From contig CAVYQE010000001.1 in the NCBI GenBank assembly GCA_963770565.1, positions 192,001 through 256,000 on the forward strand: a stretch of 64,000 bases of DNA, given 5' to 3'. Position 1 is the first letter of the stretch. Every line of letters begins with the position of its first letter. The notes under the pieces were generated by a model. The model was given only the letters and a program-made list of their open reading frames with translations, did not search any database and was not told the DNA's origin. A program made the translations under genes and the position numbers. Positions 20,955-32,576 of this stretch are shown piece after piece. The DNA is from an uncultured Actinomycetota bacterium (lineage in GTDB: Bacteria > Actinomycetota > Actinomycetes > JAFAQI01).

Positions 20955-23900
20955 CGGCGGCAGGCTTCAGCGGCGGCGCGCCGCGCCGCGCGCGGCGATG
21001 GCAGCGCGGCGCGTGAACCGGCGGCGAATCTTGCGACGGTTCCAGCGCGACTTGCTGCTCGAATTCGCGGGCCGTCATGCTCAACACCTCCGAGCAGTTC
21101 GTGTCGGCGTTCTTGACCACGTGCAGATAGCAGCCGACGTACGGCTCGGTGACGCGGGCTTTGGCGTCCAAGGGCGCGACGATCAACAGTTGCAAGCCGA
21201 ACTTCTCGAAAAGCTGCAGCGCATATTCCGAATACTGATCGTCCACCTTGGAAAACATCTCGTCGACCACGACGAAATGGAAGCGGTCGCTCCGCGGCCG
21301 GCCCGGATCGAGATCGTACTGATAGGCGATCGCCGCCACGAGGATCGTGAAGGCCAGCTTGGCCTTCTCGCCGCCCGATTGACCCGTGCTGTCTTCATAA
21401 TACCGCAACTCCTTGTCGGTCGCGTCGTCGAATTCGCGGGCGGCGAAGTCGAACCAGCGGCGGACGTCGGTCACTTTGTTCCGCCACCGCTCTTCGTCGC
21501 GGAGCCGGGCGATCAGCTTCTCGATTTGCAGGAAGCGGGCTTCGTCGGCCTCGGGCGTGCCCTCGAACGTGCCGGCCAGGCATTGCGCGAGCGCCTCGCG
21601 GAAATCGCCGATCTCGCGATCGCGGACGGCCTTGGCCTCGAGCCGCATGTGCGTGCCGTCGCGATAGGCGAGTTGCTGAGCGACGATTGAGCAATTCGAT
21701 CCGGTCTTCGATGGCCGACCGCTCGGTCTGCAGGGCGCCGTTCAAGAGGCCGATCTCGTGCGTCACTTTTTCGTTGAGCCGGTCCTTGAACCGCTGCTCG
21801 TGCCGCGGCAGGTCTTCCTCGCGGATTTGATCCAGCAGGCCCAGAAAACTATCGACGATAGCGGACCGAGGGCTGCAAATCGGCCCGCTCATCGGGGAAT
21901 TTCGAGAGAAACCGGCCCATCGCCGCGGTGAGTTCGATTCTTGCGCGGGACGCAGTTGATGTAGCAGCCGATCGCGCTGTTCGCCGAGCGCCTTGGCAAA
22001 CGCCGCGCTCCCGTTCGGCAAGTGCGGCGGCGGCTGAGCGGCTTGCTCGCGCAGGCGGGCCTCGATCGCCGGGAAACCGTAGCGTGAGCCGCTCGAGTTC
22101 GTCGGCCTTGTGCCGGCGATCGAGTTCCTTGCGGGCATTGGCGATCAGCCGCTCGGCGTCGGCGACGTTGCGCTCCAAATCGGCCGATCGTGCTTGACCG
22201 CTTGTCGCGCTCGCCTTCGAACGCCTGTTCGCGGGCTTGCTCTTCGGCCAGCCGCTGCTTGAGCAGCCGGATGGCGTCGCTTTGCTCTTCGAGCATTTGC
22301 CGCTCTTGCACGAGCCGGGCGATCTCCTGTTCGTGCGCGCGCGAAGTCGATGGCCGCGAAATCGCCGAATTGCCGAGCTTGCTCGATCGCCGTCTTGCCG
22401 GCCGCGGAGGACGGCGAGCTTCGATTCGAGGCCGTCGATGCGCCGATTCAGCCGCGCGAGCGATTCCGCAAGCGTAGCGATCCGCTCGGCCAAGTGGCGG
22501 CGCTTTTCGCGATTGTCCCAACCGAGCACGAAATGCCGCGGGTCGACGGTCCGCTCGCGATCGTCCTTTTCGTGCCGCAGACCGCGCATCTTCACATGCC
22601 GTTCGGGCGGTCAACGCGCGCAGCGGCGACTGCTGCGAAATTCCTCGATCGTGTCGCAGCAGCGAAAGTCGAATCGCTCGGCCAATTCCGCTTGAACCCA
22701 GGGCAACAGCGCATGGCCCGCGCGGAAATCGAGCTTGCGGAGCAGCGATTGGGGATGCAATCCGGCTGCGGGGGTTTCGTCGCCGCGGGTGTCGATTTTC
22801 AAGATACACGAATTTTTGGCCGCGGTTTTGCGCGTCGGCCAGCCGCGTCCGATCGACGTAGCCGCTCACCAGGGCGTAAAATCTCGGCGGCACGAGCAGG
22901 CTCAGCGCGAATCCCCGCAGCACCATTTCCAGCGACGGCTCCCAGCGACGCTCGGCGGGCTTGACGGCAATCAGTTCCGCGGCAAACGGCAGATCCTTTT
23001 CCGAGAGCCGCAATTCCTCGCACAACCGCCGCCGCGTTTGCGCCAGGGCCTCGGGCAGATTCCCCTGCCGCTGCTTGAGAGCCGCGAGTTCGGCTTCGTC
23101 CTCGCGCAGCTCCTTGACGACCGTGCCGCGCTCGAAGATCAGCTCGTTCCGCCGCGGCTCTCCCGCGGCCAATTCCTGCTCGATGTCCTTGACGAGCGGC
23201 GGCAGTTGCGCCGAACCGCGGCGAATCGCTCGGGCGTCGCCGCGCGGTCGCGGATTCCGGCGGCCTCGAGCGCGGCGTGAAAGCGGCGATCGGCGTCGCG
23301 CTTGGCGGCAAGATACGATTCTTCCAGCCGGATCAAGCCGGGGATTTCGCGGAGCCGCGCGCCCCCCTGCTGCTCGATTTCGTTTTGCAGCTTGCGCTGC
23401 GGCGTCGCGGGCGGCGGCGAGATCCTGCTCCAAGCCGCTGCTTCGACTTCCTCCGCGCGGGATTTTTCCGCCAGCCACTCGTCGCGGGCCGGCTCGAACA
23501 GATCGATCGTGCGTTGGCGGAAGAAGGGCCCGGCCGCTTCGAGGAGTTGCTCGGCCTCGTCGAGCGCCGCGGCTTTTTCGCGATAGGCGGCGCCATGCAT
23601 GGCGATCGGTTGCAACAGCTCGAATTGCTTTCGCACGCGGACGAGGCTCTGATGGGCGGCGCTCAATTCGCTGAAATGGGTCAACAGGTTTTGGACCCGC
23701 TCGCCCCAGGGCCTGTTCTCGAGCATGTGCTCGCGAATGAAATCGTTGAGCCGCTGAATGTCCTTGACGGCCACGGTCTGGTTGAACATGTCCATCGCCT
23801 TGGGCTGCACGCCGGTCAGCTTGCGAAACCATTCGTGGAACTCGCTGTACGTGGTCGTCACCCGAAAGCCGCGCCGCTCCATCGCCGGCTTGAGCCGGTC

Positions 23901-24427
23901 CATGCCGGTGAGCCGCGAGCAATCGGCGGCGATCGACCGCTCGTCGCCGGCGAGGCAATAAACCTTCTTGCTCTGGCCGTCGGAGTCGATGTAGAGGATT
24001 TGGGCGATCGGTGAATACGCGGTCGGCCGCGACGTTGCGAAAGCAGGCCAGCAGCGCGGAATAATGGGCATGGCCGGGGCGGAGGAATTGCATGTCGGCC
24101 CGCTCGGCGTCGTCGCGGCTGAAGCGGCCGAAGGCCCCTTTGATGTAGGTCCGCTCGTCGCGCTCGCGCTTGCCGGCCCCGGCGGCAACGTTGTAGTTCC
24201 GCACGGCCGGGCGGACGAGCAAGCGTGAGCAGGGCGTCGACGAGCGTCGATTTCCCCGAGCCGTTCTGCCCGATCAACAGGGCCGTTTGCCCCTCGGGGC
24301 GGATCGTGTAGACGCGGCCGCGGGTGGCGTCGCCGGCGCTGTCGAAGGTGCCCCAGTTGTAGACCTCCAGCTTATGGAGGCGGAAGCCGGGCCGGGCCGA
24401 GCCGTTGGTTTCGAATAGCCTCAGCAC
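20951..24427 (-). CDS. jetC: Wadjet JetC SMC-like ATPase, multiply frameshifted
   Basis: GFRLHKLEVYNWGTFD, Walker A GQNGSGKST, long coiled coil, signature QSGGEKAKL, Walker B VVDEMFSKVD. Confidence 0.9.
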
Positions 24428-25075
24428 ATGCGATTCCCCCTGTTGCCGATTCCGGGTCGGTGCTGCGTCCGCGGCCTCGGCGACGAGCCGTGCGCGAAGC
24501 GTTTCCAATTCTTCGGCCGGACACGCGGGCTTTCAGGATGCGGCGAATCTCCCATTCCTCCGGCTCGGCCGTGATCTGGCGGATGAACTTCAGCTCGACC
24601 AGCGAGCGAATCGCCGCGTCGAACTGCTTCTTCAGCCGCACCTCGTCTTGCTCCGGCGGAAAGAAGGGCCGCCATTGCTCGAACAAGACCCGCCGCCGTC
24701 GACCACGCACCGCTCGTTTTGCACCTCTTCCTCCTCGAACCGCCGCAATTCCTCGCGCAGCAGCACGCAGAGCAGCGTCGCCCCGTAGCTCAGCCGGCTC
24801 TTGTGAAACAGCTTGGGAAGCCGGTCGTATCCCTCGGGCAATTCGTCATCGGCAAGCTGCCGCAAATAGGCCAAGCCCTCCGGCTCATCGACGACCAGCA
24901 GCAAGCCGAGCCGGGCGAAATGGCTCTCCAGCGGCGAGATATGGCCGAGCACGATGTCCCAAACTTTGGCGTCGTCGGAATAAACCACCCCTTGCAATAA
25001 ATGCACGGCGGCAATGCTCCAATCCTGAAACGGCGGCAATGCGGCGGGTTGCGAGTTGATTATTGATGACATCAT
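24421..25075 (-). CDS. jetB: Wadjet JetB (DUF4194), frameshifted
   Basis: LLQGVVYSDD..W, RLGLLLVVDEPEGLAYLRQ, LSYGATLLCVLLREEL, WEIRRILKA. Confidence 0.88.
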
Positions 25076-25099
25076 CGTGAATCCCAGTTGTGGATCAAT

Positions 25100-25940
25100 C
25101 AGGTTTTGGATCGGTCTCCCGACCCAGGTTGTGGATCGGTCTCCCGACCGTTCCACACACCCGACCGTAGGTCTCCAGAAGCGGCCGTTGCGAGCCGCCT
25201 TCGGGAGACCTGCGGTCGAGCAAATGGCATGGTCGGGAGACCATGCCATAACGAGGGAGACCATGCCATAACGAGGGAGACCATGCCATAACGAGCAGCG
25301 TTGTGGATCGGTCTCCCGACCGTTCCACCCCCACACACTCGACCGTAGGTCTCCAGAAGCGGCCGTTGCGAGCCGCCCACGGGAGACCTGCGGTCGAACG
25401 AATGGCATGGTCGGGAGACCATGCCATAACGAAGTCCACGTTGTGGATCGGTCTCCCGACCGTTCCACACACTCGACCGTAGGTCTCCAGAAGCGGCCGT
25501 TGCGAGCCGCCCCCGGGAGACCTGCGGTCGAACGAATGGCATGGTCGGGAGACCATGCCATAACGAAGTCCACGTTGTGGATCGGTCTCCCGACCGTTCC
25601 ACACACCCGACCGTAGGTCTCCAGAAGCGGCCGTTGCGAGCCGCCTTCGGGAGACCTGCGGTCGAGCAAATGGCATGGTCGGGAGACCATGCCATAACGA
25701 GGGAGACCATGCCATAACGAAGTCCACGTTGTGGATCGGTCTCCCGACCGTTCCACACACCCGACCGTAGGTCTCCAGAAGCGGCGATTGCCAGCCGCGC
25801 CGGGAGACCTGCGGTCGAACGAATGGCATGGTCGGGAGACCATGCCATAACGAGAGGCATGGTCGGGAGACCATGCCATAACGAGAGTCGGGAGACCATG
25901 CCATAACGATGACCATGCCATAACCATGCCATAACGATCA
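25100..25940. repeat. REP-like tandem array (5 units of ~130 bp plus 20-bp sub-repeats) between jetA and jetB
   Basis: gttgtggatcggtctcccgaccgttcc...ggtcgggagaccatgccataacga at ~25128, 25300, 25440, 25574, 25728. Confidence 0.95.
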
Positions 25941-25952
25941 CACAATCGTGAA

Positions 25953-27419
25953 TCAAGTTCCTTTGGCGATGAATGTGACCAGCGGAAAGGTGATCGCCAT
26001 CGGCCGCGCGTCGCCGCGCCGCCGCGGCAACACAATCTCTTCGGTCGCCTCGCTGCTGATCGATGCCCTTCGTCGTTGGCGATTTGCAAGTAGCCGAACA
26101 GATCGATCACGCCCGAGTCGGGCGGATGCTCGCCGAGCAGGCTTCCCAAAGTGACATGGCCGCTGCGCTCGACGGCCTCTTGCACCTGGCGGCGCAGCCG
26201 CCGCCAATCGATCCGCGGCAAGTCCTTGAAACTGCGGAGGAATTCGAGCCGCTGCTCGTCGGCGACGATATGCTCGGCCAGCTCCACGCGCTCGAAGCGC
26301 CCCGGCTCGGTCCAGAAGGTGCGGGCCAGGGGCGATTCGATCTCGATCCGGGCGTCGATTTCCAGGGCGATCGCGTCGCCCGGCGGCTGGGAGGCCAGCG
26401 CCGCCGCCAGGCCGCGAATCTCGCGGAGCAATTCCGCGACGCGCCGCCGCTCGCGGTGGGCCTTCACATCGAGCAGCCGCCGGAGGGTCGAAGTGAGCCG
26501 CCGGGTGGTTTGCGTCACCTTTTCCGCTTCGGCCAACAGCAGCGGCACCATCCGCCGCACGGCCTCGATCCCTTCGGTTTGCTCGGCGAGTTCCTCGATC
26601 CGCAACGATTTGCTGAATGATGGCCCGCAGCCGGTCTTGCTGCGGCGGTGAATGGATGAAGCGGAGGAATTCGAAGAAGCTGACGCCTTGATCCTCTTGT
26701 TTCAAAGCGTCTTCGGCGTCGAGGGCCTCGCCGAGAATGCCGCCGCGCGAGGTGGTGCCTTGCACTTGCCGCTGCTGCACATCGCCGGTGATCTCGCGAA
26801 ACTTTTCCTCGACCGCGCGAAAATCCCCTTGCAACTCCTTGAGCAACGAGACGGCCGTGGCAAACTGCTCGCGGATCCGCGTCGGCTTGTAGCGATCGAC
26901 GAAGCCGTCGCTCTCGATTTGCGCGATCTGCTGGGCGATGCGGTCTTGCTCGGCCCGCAGCCGCTCGAGATGGACGGTCGGATCGTCCGAGGCGCCGATC
27001 ACCAGGCGGTCCAATGTTTCGATGACCAGCTTGAGCCGCGATTCGGTGCCGACGAAGCCCTGCTCGGGGGCGATCGCCTTGTCGAGAAAGGCCAGCACTT
27101 GCTCGGTGTGCGGCGAAAGTTCGTAGACCGGCTCGTTCCGCTCGACGCCGAATCGCCGCACCAACCACCGCCGCTCGCCGACGCACCATTCGGTGAGATA
27201 CGTCTCGGGGCGGTCGCGGAGCACCTCGGCATCGACCTCGCGGGCTTCTTCGATATAGGCGGCGAGCGCCGGCAGCAAATCGCTGTGCGGCACGACGATC
27301 AGTTCCGTGGCCTTGAACTGCCGGTTGCAGAAAATCGACCACATAGGGGGCCTGTTGCGCGGAGCAGCTTGATCGCCGGCGAGGTCTCGAAATACACCAA
27401 AAGCGCGCTGAAGATTCAT
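25953..27419 (-). CDS. jetA: Wadjet JetA (DUF3375), frameshifted
   Basis: YLTEWC...WLVRR, YELSPHTEQVL, FVGTESRLKLV, DFRAVEEKFR, DQGVSFFEF; position upstream of jetBCD. Confidence 0.9.
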   Translation of the reverse strand: MNLQRAFGVFRDLAGDQAAPRNRPPMWSIFCNRQFKATELIVVPHSDLLPALAAYIEEAREVDAEVLRDRPETYLTEWCVGERRWLVRRFGVERNEPVYELSPHTEQVLAFLDKAIAPEQGFVGTESRLKLVIETLDRLVIGASDDPTVHLERLRAEQDRIAQQIAQIESDGFVDRYKPTRIREQFATAVSLLKELQGDFRAVEEKFREITGDVQQRQVQGTTSRGGILGEALDAEDALKQEDQGVSFFEFLRFIHSPPQQDRLRAIIQQIVADRGTRRANRRDRGRAADGAAAVGRSGKGDANHPAAHFDPPAAARCEGPPRAAARRGIAPRDSRPGGGAGLPAAGRRDRPGNRRPDRDRIAPGPHLLDRAGALRARGAGRAYRRRRAAARIPPQFQGLAADRLAAAAPPGARGRRAQRPCHFGKPARRASARLGRDRSVRLLANRQRRRASISSEATEEIVLPRRRGDARPMAITFPLVTFIAKGT

Positions 27420-27771
27420 GCCCTCTACTATACAAGACGCCAGTGAGCGCCGGCGACAGGGGCCGGCAAAAAACGCCCGAGTTTCTCGCCTCGGCCCATA
27501 GCAGAAGCGGCGTCCCCCGGCTTGCGCCGATGTGGAAGCGGCGTCCCGCCGCTCGATTCGACGGGAAAACCGGCGGGACGCCGGCGAGCAACCGCACGTT
27601 AGCCGGCTTGCGTGCCAGCCTCCGTCGGGATTGGATCGACCGTCGATGGCCGCCATGCTTCGGCGCCGCCGGCCGAATCCGCACGGCGGTTCGCCAGCGA
27701 ACCGGCTCACGAATACGGCGAGACGCCGCTTCCCCATGGGCCGCCGCGGCGACTTTTCGCGATCGCCGGCC

Positions 27772-28956
27772 TCAAATCGCCGCAAAGCTCGAACCGAGCG
27801 CCTCGATGATGAAGTCGCTCGATTCGATCCCGACCGAAAGCCGGATCGTCCCCCCGTTGATGCCCAGCGCTTCGCGGGCGGCCGGGGACATGGCGCGGTG
27901 GCTGGTCGATTCGGGATGCGTCTGCGTCGTGGACAATTCGCCCAGCGATGGGCAGAAGGGAATGCGGCTGGCGGCAGCAATGAACCGCGTCGCCGCCTCC
28001 GTGCCGCCGGCGAAGCGTGAACGTCACGACCGCCCCGAAGCGCCCGCCGAATTGCCGCTTGGCTAGGGCATGGTCGGGGTGGCTGGCCAGCCCCGGATAG
28101 TGGACGATCTCGACTTCCGGCCGTGTCGGCGAGAAACTGGGCGACCGCCAAGGCATTGTCCGACGCCCGCTCGGCCCGCAGATGCAGGGTGCCCAGGCCG
28201 CGCAGGGCGAGCCAGCAATCCCAGCGGGGCCGGGCTCCAGCCCCAGGTCGAGAGGGCCGTCGGCACGCGCTGCCAGATTTCCTCGCGCCCGCAAAGCAGC
28301 CCGAGCAGCACGTCGCTATGGCCGTTCATGATTTTGGTCAGGCTCTCCAGAACCAAATCGGCGCCGAATTCCAGCGGCCGGCAGAGCGTCGGCGAGGCGA
28401 ACGTGTTATCGACCAACAACAGCGCCCCGCCGGCTGTGGGCCAGCTCGGCGAAGGCCCGCGAAATCGGACGACCCGCAACAGCGGGTTGGTGATCGTCTC
28501 GACGATCAGCAGCTTCGTGGCGGGGGTCAGGGCGGCGGCGGTCGCGCCTGGGATCGCAGGCGTCGACCGTCGTGGCCGCGATCCCCAGCCGTTGGGCCTC
28601 ATCGACCAACAGCAGCAAGCTGCGGCCGTACATCTGGTTGCCGACGACGATATGATCTCCTTGGCGGCATTGGGAAACGAGGGCCAGGGCCATCGCCCCC
28701 ATGCCCGAGGCCGTGATCGCGGCTCGCGGCTGCTCCGTGCAGTTCGCGGCATTTTTCCGCCAGCAGCTCGGAATTGGGGTGGCCGTCGCGACGGTAGGCA
28801 TGGCCCGGCAGTTCGCCCGCCAAGCAGCGCGGCGGCCTGGGTCGGGTCGGCGCAGCGATAGACGGAACTGGGATAAATCGGTGCGACCAGGGGCTCGGTA
28901 GGTTGCGTAGGCAATCTAGCGGGGCGGGGGCAAATATCGTCGGATCGGTCGGTCAT
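27772..28956 (-). CDS. PLP-dependent Cys/Met metabolism enzyme (cystathionine gamma-synthase/lyase family), frameshifted
   Basis: PIYPSSVY, YRRDGHPN, SGMGA, ETITNPLL, VDNTFASP, ESLTKIMNGHSD, HYPGL, IRLSVGIE. Confidence 0.9.
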
Positions 28957-29340
28957 AATTGTCAAAAGGCTTGCATTTCATCGCTACCTCCGTTCAATTT
29001 AAGGATGCGGCCCGCCGGGGCCGATGATGTAGCGCTTAGTCCTAGTTTAACGAATATCCGGGGTGGTTGTCGCCGGTTGAGCTAAGATTCCTAGGTTCGG
29101 CCCAAGGTGATGGTCGGATTGGCTCAGCGCCACGCGGTCGTTCGGCCGTCGGTAATGTAGGGAACGGCCTGGGTGCCGATTTGGAGCGTTACGACGGATG
29201 ATAGCACTCGTTGCGCCCGGAACGCCACCGAGGGCATTCCCGACAGATCCCGAGCCGGACGAGAGTTAATACTGTTCGCGTGAGTTTCTCTACTATCTTG
29301 AATGCACTTGAGTCGGCTCGCTCTACCTGAGTCGCCCCCC

Positions 29341-31434
29341 ATGAGTTCCGCCTCCTCCTTTGATCCCGATTTGATCGACCAAACGCGGCAGCAGCTCCGC
29401 ACGCTGGTCCATGAGATCGAGGGGCTTTCGCGCTCGGAGTTGTCGCCAGGCGAGTTTTACGAGGGCTTCCTGACCCGGATCGTCTCGGCTCTGGCGGCCG
29501 TCGGCGGAGCGATCTGGACGCTCGACGAAGGGGGCCTGAAGCTCAGCTACCAGATGAATCTCCAGCAGGCCCGGCTCGGCGAGACCAACGAAGAAGATCA
29601 GCAGCGCCACGGCCGCCTGTTGCACAAAGTGGCCGCCGACGGGCAAGGGCTGCTCGTGCAGCCTCATTCCGGCGAAGGCGAAAGCGGCGAGGCCGCCAAT
29701 CCCACCGAATACCTGCTCGTGATCGGCGCGCTCAAAAGCGACACGCAGGTTCAAGGGATCGTCGAAATCTTTCAGCGGCCCGGCGGGCGGCCGACCGTCG
29801 AGCGCGGCTATCTGCGGTTCCTCCAGCAGATGTGCGATCTGGCCGGCGACTATCTCAAGACCCGCCACCTGCGGTCGTTCGCCGATCGGCAGGTCATGTG
29901 GTCGCAGCTCGAGCAATTCACGCGGCTGGTGCATGAGGGGCTCGACCCGCGGCAAACGGCCTACACGATCGCCAACGAAGGGCGGCGGCTGATCGGCTGC
30001 GACCGCGTGAGCGTGGCGCTCGAGCGCGGCGGCCGCTGCCGCATCGAGGCGATCAGCGGGCAGGAATTGCTCGACAACCGCTCCAACACGGTCACCCTGC
30101 TCGGCAAGCTGGCGACGATCGTCGTGGCCGGCGGCGAAGACCTGTGGTACAACGGCGACACCTCGAACCTCCCGCCGCAGATCGAGGAATCGGTCGAGAC
30201 CTACGCCGACGAATCCCATTCGAAGATGGTCGCGGTGCTGCCGCTCGAACGGCCGCGCGACGACACCGACGCCGAAGCCGACGAGAACGCGCCTCCCGAA
30301 TTCCTCGGCGCCCTGATCATCGAGCAGATCGCCGACGACGCGGTCAGTGAATCGATGCGGCGGCGGATCGACGTGGTGGCCGACCATAGCGCGCTGGCCC
30401 TGGCCAATGCCCGCGAGCACAACGAGCTGTTCCTGATGCCGGTTTGGCGTCTGATCGGCAAATCGCGGTGGATGGTGGCGGCCCGCACGTTGCCCAAGAC
30501 GCTCGCCATCTCGGGAGCGATCCTGGTGGCGCTGTTGGTGCTGTTTCTGTGGCCGATGAAATTCCAGCTTTCGGGCAAGGGGACGCTCGAGCCGGCCGAG
30601 CGCCGCGACGTGTTCGCCCCCGTCAAGGGAACCGTCACCAAAATCCACGTCCAGCACGGCGACCTGGTCGAGCCGGGCCAATTGCTGCTCACCCTTTATA
30701 ACAACGACATCGAGCAGGCCCTCACCGAAACCGAGGGCAAGCTCAGCTCCACCCGCGAGCAACGACTGGGAGACGAGCAGCAGCTCTTGGGAAGCAGCGG
30801 CAGCCATCTATCGCGCGAGGAATACGACCGCATCTCGGGCCAGGTGCGGCAATACCGCAGCACCGAGGATAGCCTCGACAGCCAACTCAAGCTGTTGCGC
30901 GAGAAGAAAAAACTGTTGGAAATCCGCAGCCCGATCAAGGGTCAGGTGGTCACCTGGCAGATCAACGAAAAGCTGCTCCAGCGGCCGGTCGAGGAGGGGC
31001 AGTTATTGCTCACCGTGGCCGATCCGACCGGCCAATGGGAACTCGACGTGCTGATGCCCGAGGACCGACATGGGCTTCGTCTCCCGCGCGGCGAACGAGA
31101 AGCGCCGCGGCGGCCGATGCCGGTAAGCTGCGGCCGGCGCCGATCCCGCTATCGCTGCCCAGCTCGACGCCTCCTACATCCTGGCGACCAACCCGGGCAC
31201 GCGGCATCAAGGCAAAGTGTTTTCCATCGAGCCCTCGGCCCACGTCCACGGCGACGACGGCAACGTCGTGCTGTTGAAGGTGGCCATCGACAAATCCGAG
31301 CACGACCCGGCCGATCTGCGCCCGGCGCCACGGTCACGGCCAAAGTCGATTGCGGCACGGCGTCGGTCGGCTATTGCTGGTTTCACGACGTGATTTCGTT
31401 CGTTCAATCGCGGATTCTGTTCCGCCTGTGGTAG
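29341..31434 (+). CDS. GAF-domain + HlyD-type membrane fusion protein
   Basis: YTIANEGRRLIGCDRVSVA (GAF), TM segment, VFAPVKGTVTKIHVQHGDLVEPGQLL, IRSPIKGQV, PGATVTAKVDCG. Confidence 0.85.
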   Translation: MSSASSFDPDLIDQTRQQLRTLVHEIEGLSRSELSPGEFYEGFLTRIVSALAAVGGAIWTLDEGGLKLSYQMNLQQARLGETNEEDQQRHGRLLHKVAADGQGLLVQPHSGEGESGEAANPTEYLLVIGALKSDTQVQGIVEIFQRPGGRPTVERGYLRFLQQMCDLAGDYLKTRHLRSFADRQVMWSQLEQFTRLVHEGLDPRQTAYTIANEGRRLIGCDRVSVALERGGRCRIEAISGQELLDNRSNTVTLLGKLATIVVAGGEDLWYNGDTSNLPPQIEESVETYADESHSKMVAVLPLERPRDDTDAEADENAPPEFLGALIIEQIADDAVSESMRRRIDVVADHSALALANAREHNELFLMPVWRLIGKSRWMVAARTLPKTLAISGAILVALLVLFLWPMKFQLSGKGTLEPAERRDVFAPVKGTVTKIHVQHGDLVEPGQLLLTLYNNDIEQALTETEGKLSSTREQRLGDEQQLLGSSGSHLSREEYDRISGQVRQYRSTEDSLDSQLKLLREKKKLLEIRSPIKGQVVTWQINEKLLQRPVEEGQLLLTVADPTGQWELDVLMPEDRHGLRLPRGEREAPRRPMPVSCGRRRSRYRCPARRLLHPGDQPGHAASRQSVFHRALGPRPRRRRQRRAVEGGHRQIRARPGRSAPGATVTAKVDCGTASVGYCWFHDVISFVQSRILFRLW

Positions 31435-31446
31435 GAGGAGGAATTC

Positions 31447-32373
31447 ATGCGAAGGTCTAAATTTGTGGCGCGGTTCTCGTGGCAGTTCTGGCCACCGCGG
31501 CCCAGTCGGGTTTGGCCGCGGCGGACGACGGTCGCAACAGTCCAGCACTGCCTGGTCACTTTGAAAGACGAGGCCCAAGTGCCGGCGCAAGAGGCCGGTG
31601 TGGTCACCGAAATCATGGTCAAGGAAGGGCAAGTGGTGAAAGAAGGGCAAATCCTCGCCCAAATCGACGACGCCATTCCCCAGGCCGAATTGAAAAAAGC
31701 CGAACGCCGATCGCGAGGCGGCCAAGGAGAAGGCCGAAAGCGATGTCGACATCCGCTATGCCAACGCCGCCGCCGACGTGGCCCTCTATGAGTATCTCAA
31801 GAACAAGGAAGCCTACGACAAGGTGAAGAACTCCGTCCCGTGGGTCGAAGTCAAACGCCTGGAATTCGCCCATCAGCGGGCCGTCCTGCAAATCGAGCAA
31901 TCGCAAATCGAGCAAGCGGATCGCCAAGCTCACGACCAACTCCAAAGCCGCCGACGTGCTCGCGGCCGAGGAAGGAATCGAGCATCGCCAGATCAAATCG
32001 CCTCTGGCTGGCGACGCCATCGTCGTGCAAGTCACTCCCCACAAAGGGGAATGGGTCAAGCCGGGCGACACCGTGCTGCGGCTGGTCCGCATGGATCGTT
32101 TGCGGGTCGAGGGCTTCTTGAATTCCGCCAAGTTCTCGCCGCAAGACGTCCGCGGCCGAAGAAGGTGACGATGACGGTTGACGTTGGCCCATCATGCCGA
32201 ACCGGTCGAGTTCAAGGTCAGATCGTGTTCGTCAGCCCGTTGGACGAGGCGGGGAGCGAATATCGCGTCTGGGCCGAGGTGGAAAACCGGCACGATCCCC
32301 GACGGCAAGAGGAATGGCTCCTCCGCCCCGGCGCGACGGCGACCATGACGATCGGCATACGAAGGGCGAGTGA
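31447..32373 (+). CDS. HlyD/RND periplasmic adaptor subunit, frameshifted
   Basis: VPAQEAGVVTEIMVKEGQVVKEGQILAQID, GEWVKPGDTVLRLVRMDRLRVEG, YRVWAEVEN, LRPG; end approximate. Confidence 0.8.
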
Positions 32374-32576
32374 GGGGCAGGGGTCGGGGGTCGGGGGTCG
32401 GGGGTCAGGGCAGCGACGGGCCGGCGCAGTGCGCCGCACGTTCACGGATCCACCGCGCACTGACGCGCCGCCCGCTCCCTGCTCCCTGCTCCCTGCTCCC
32501 GTGCTCGCCCGCTCCTGACCCCTCGCCCCCTACGACCCCTCGACCCCCGACCCCCGACCCCTGCTCCCCCCGGCCC

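Noticed and set aside
24632-26605. JetA-repeat-JetB fusion protein
   Set aside because: The JetA C-terminus (EEIVLP...ITFPLVTF) lies in a different frame ending at 25953; the fusion depends on an indel near 26060.
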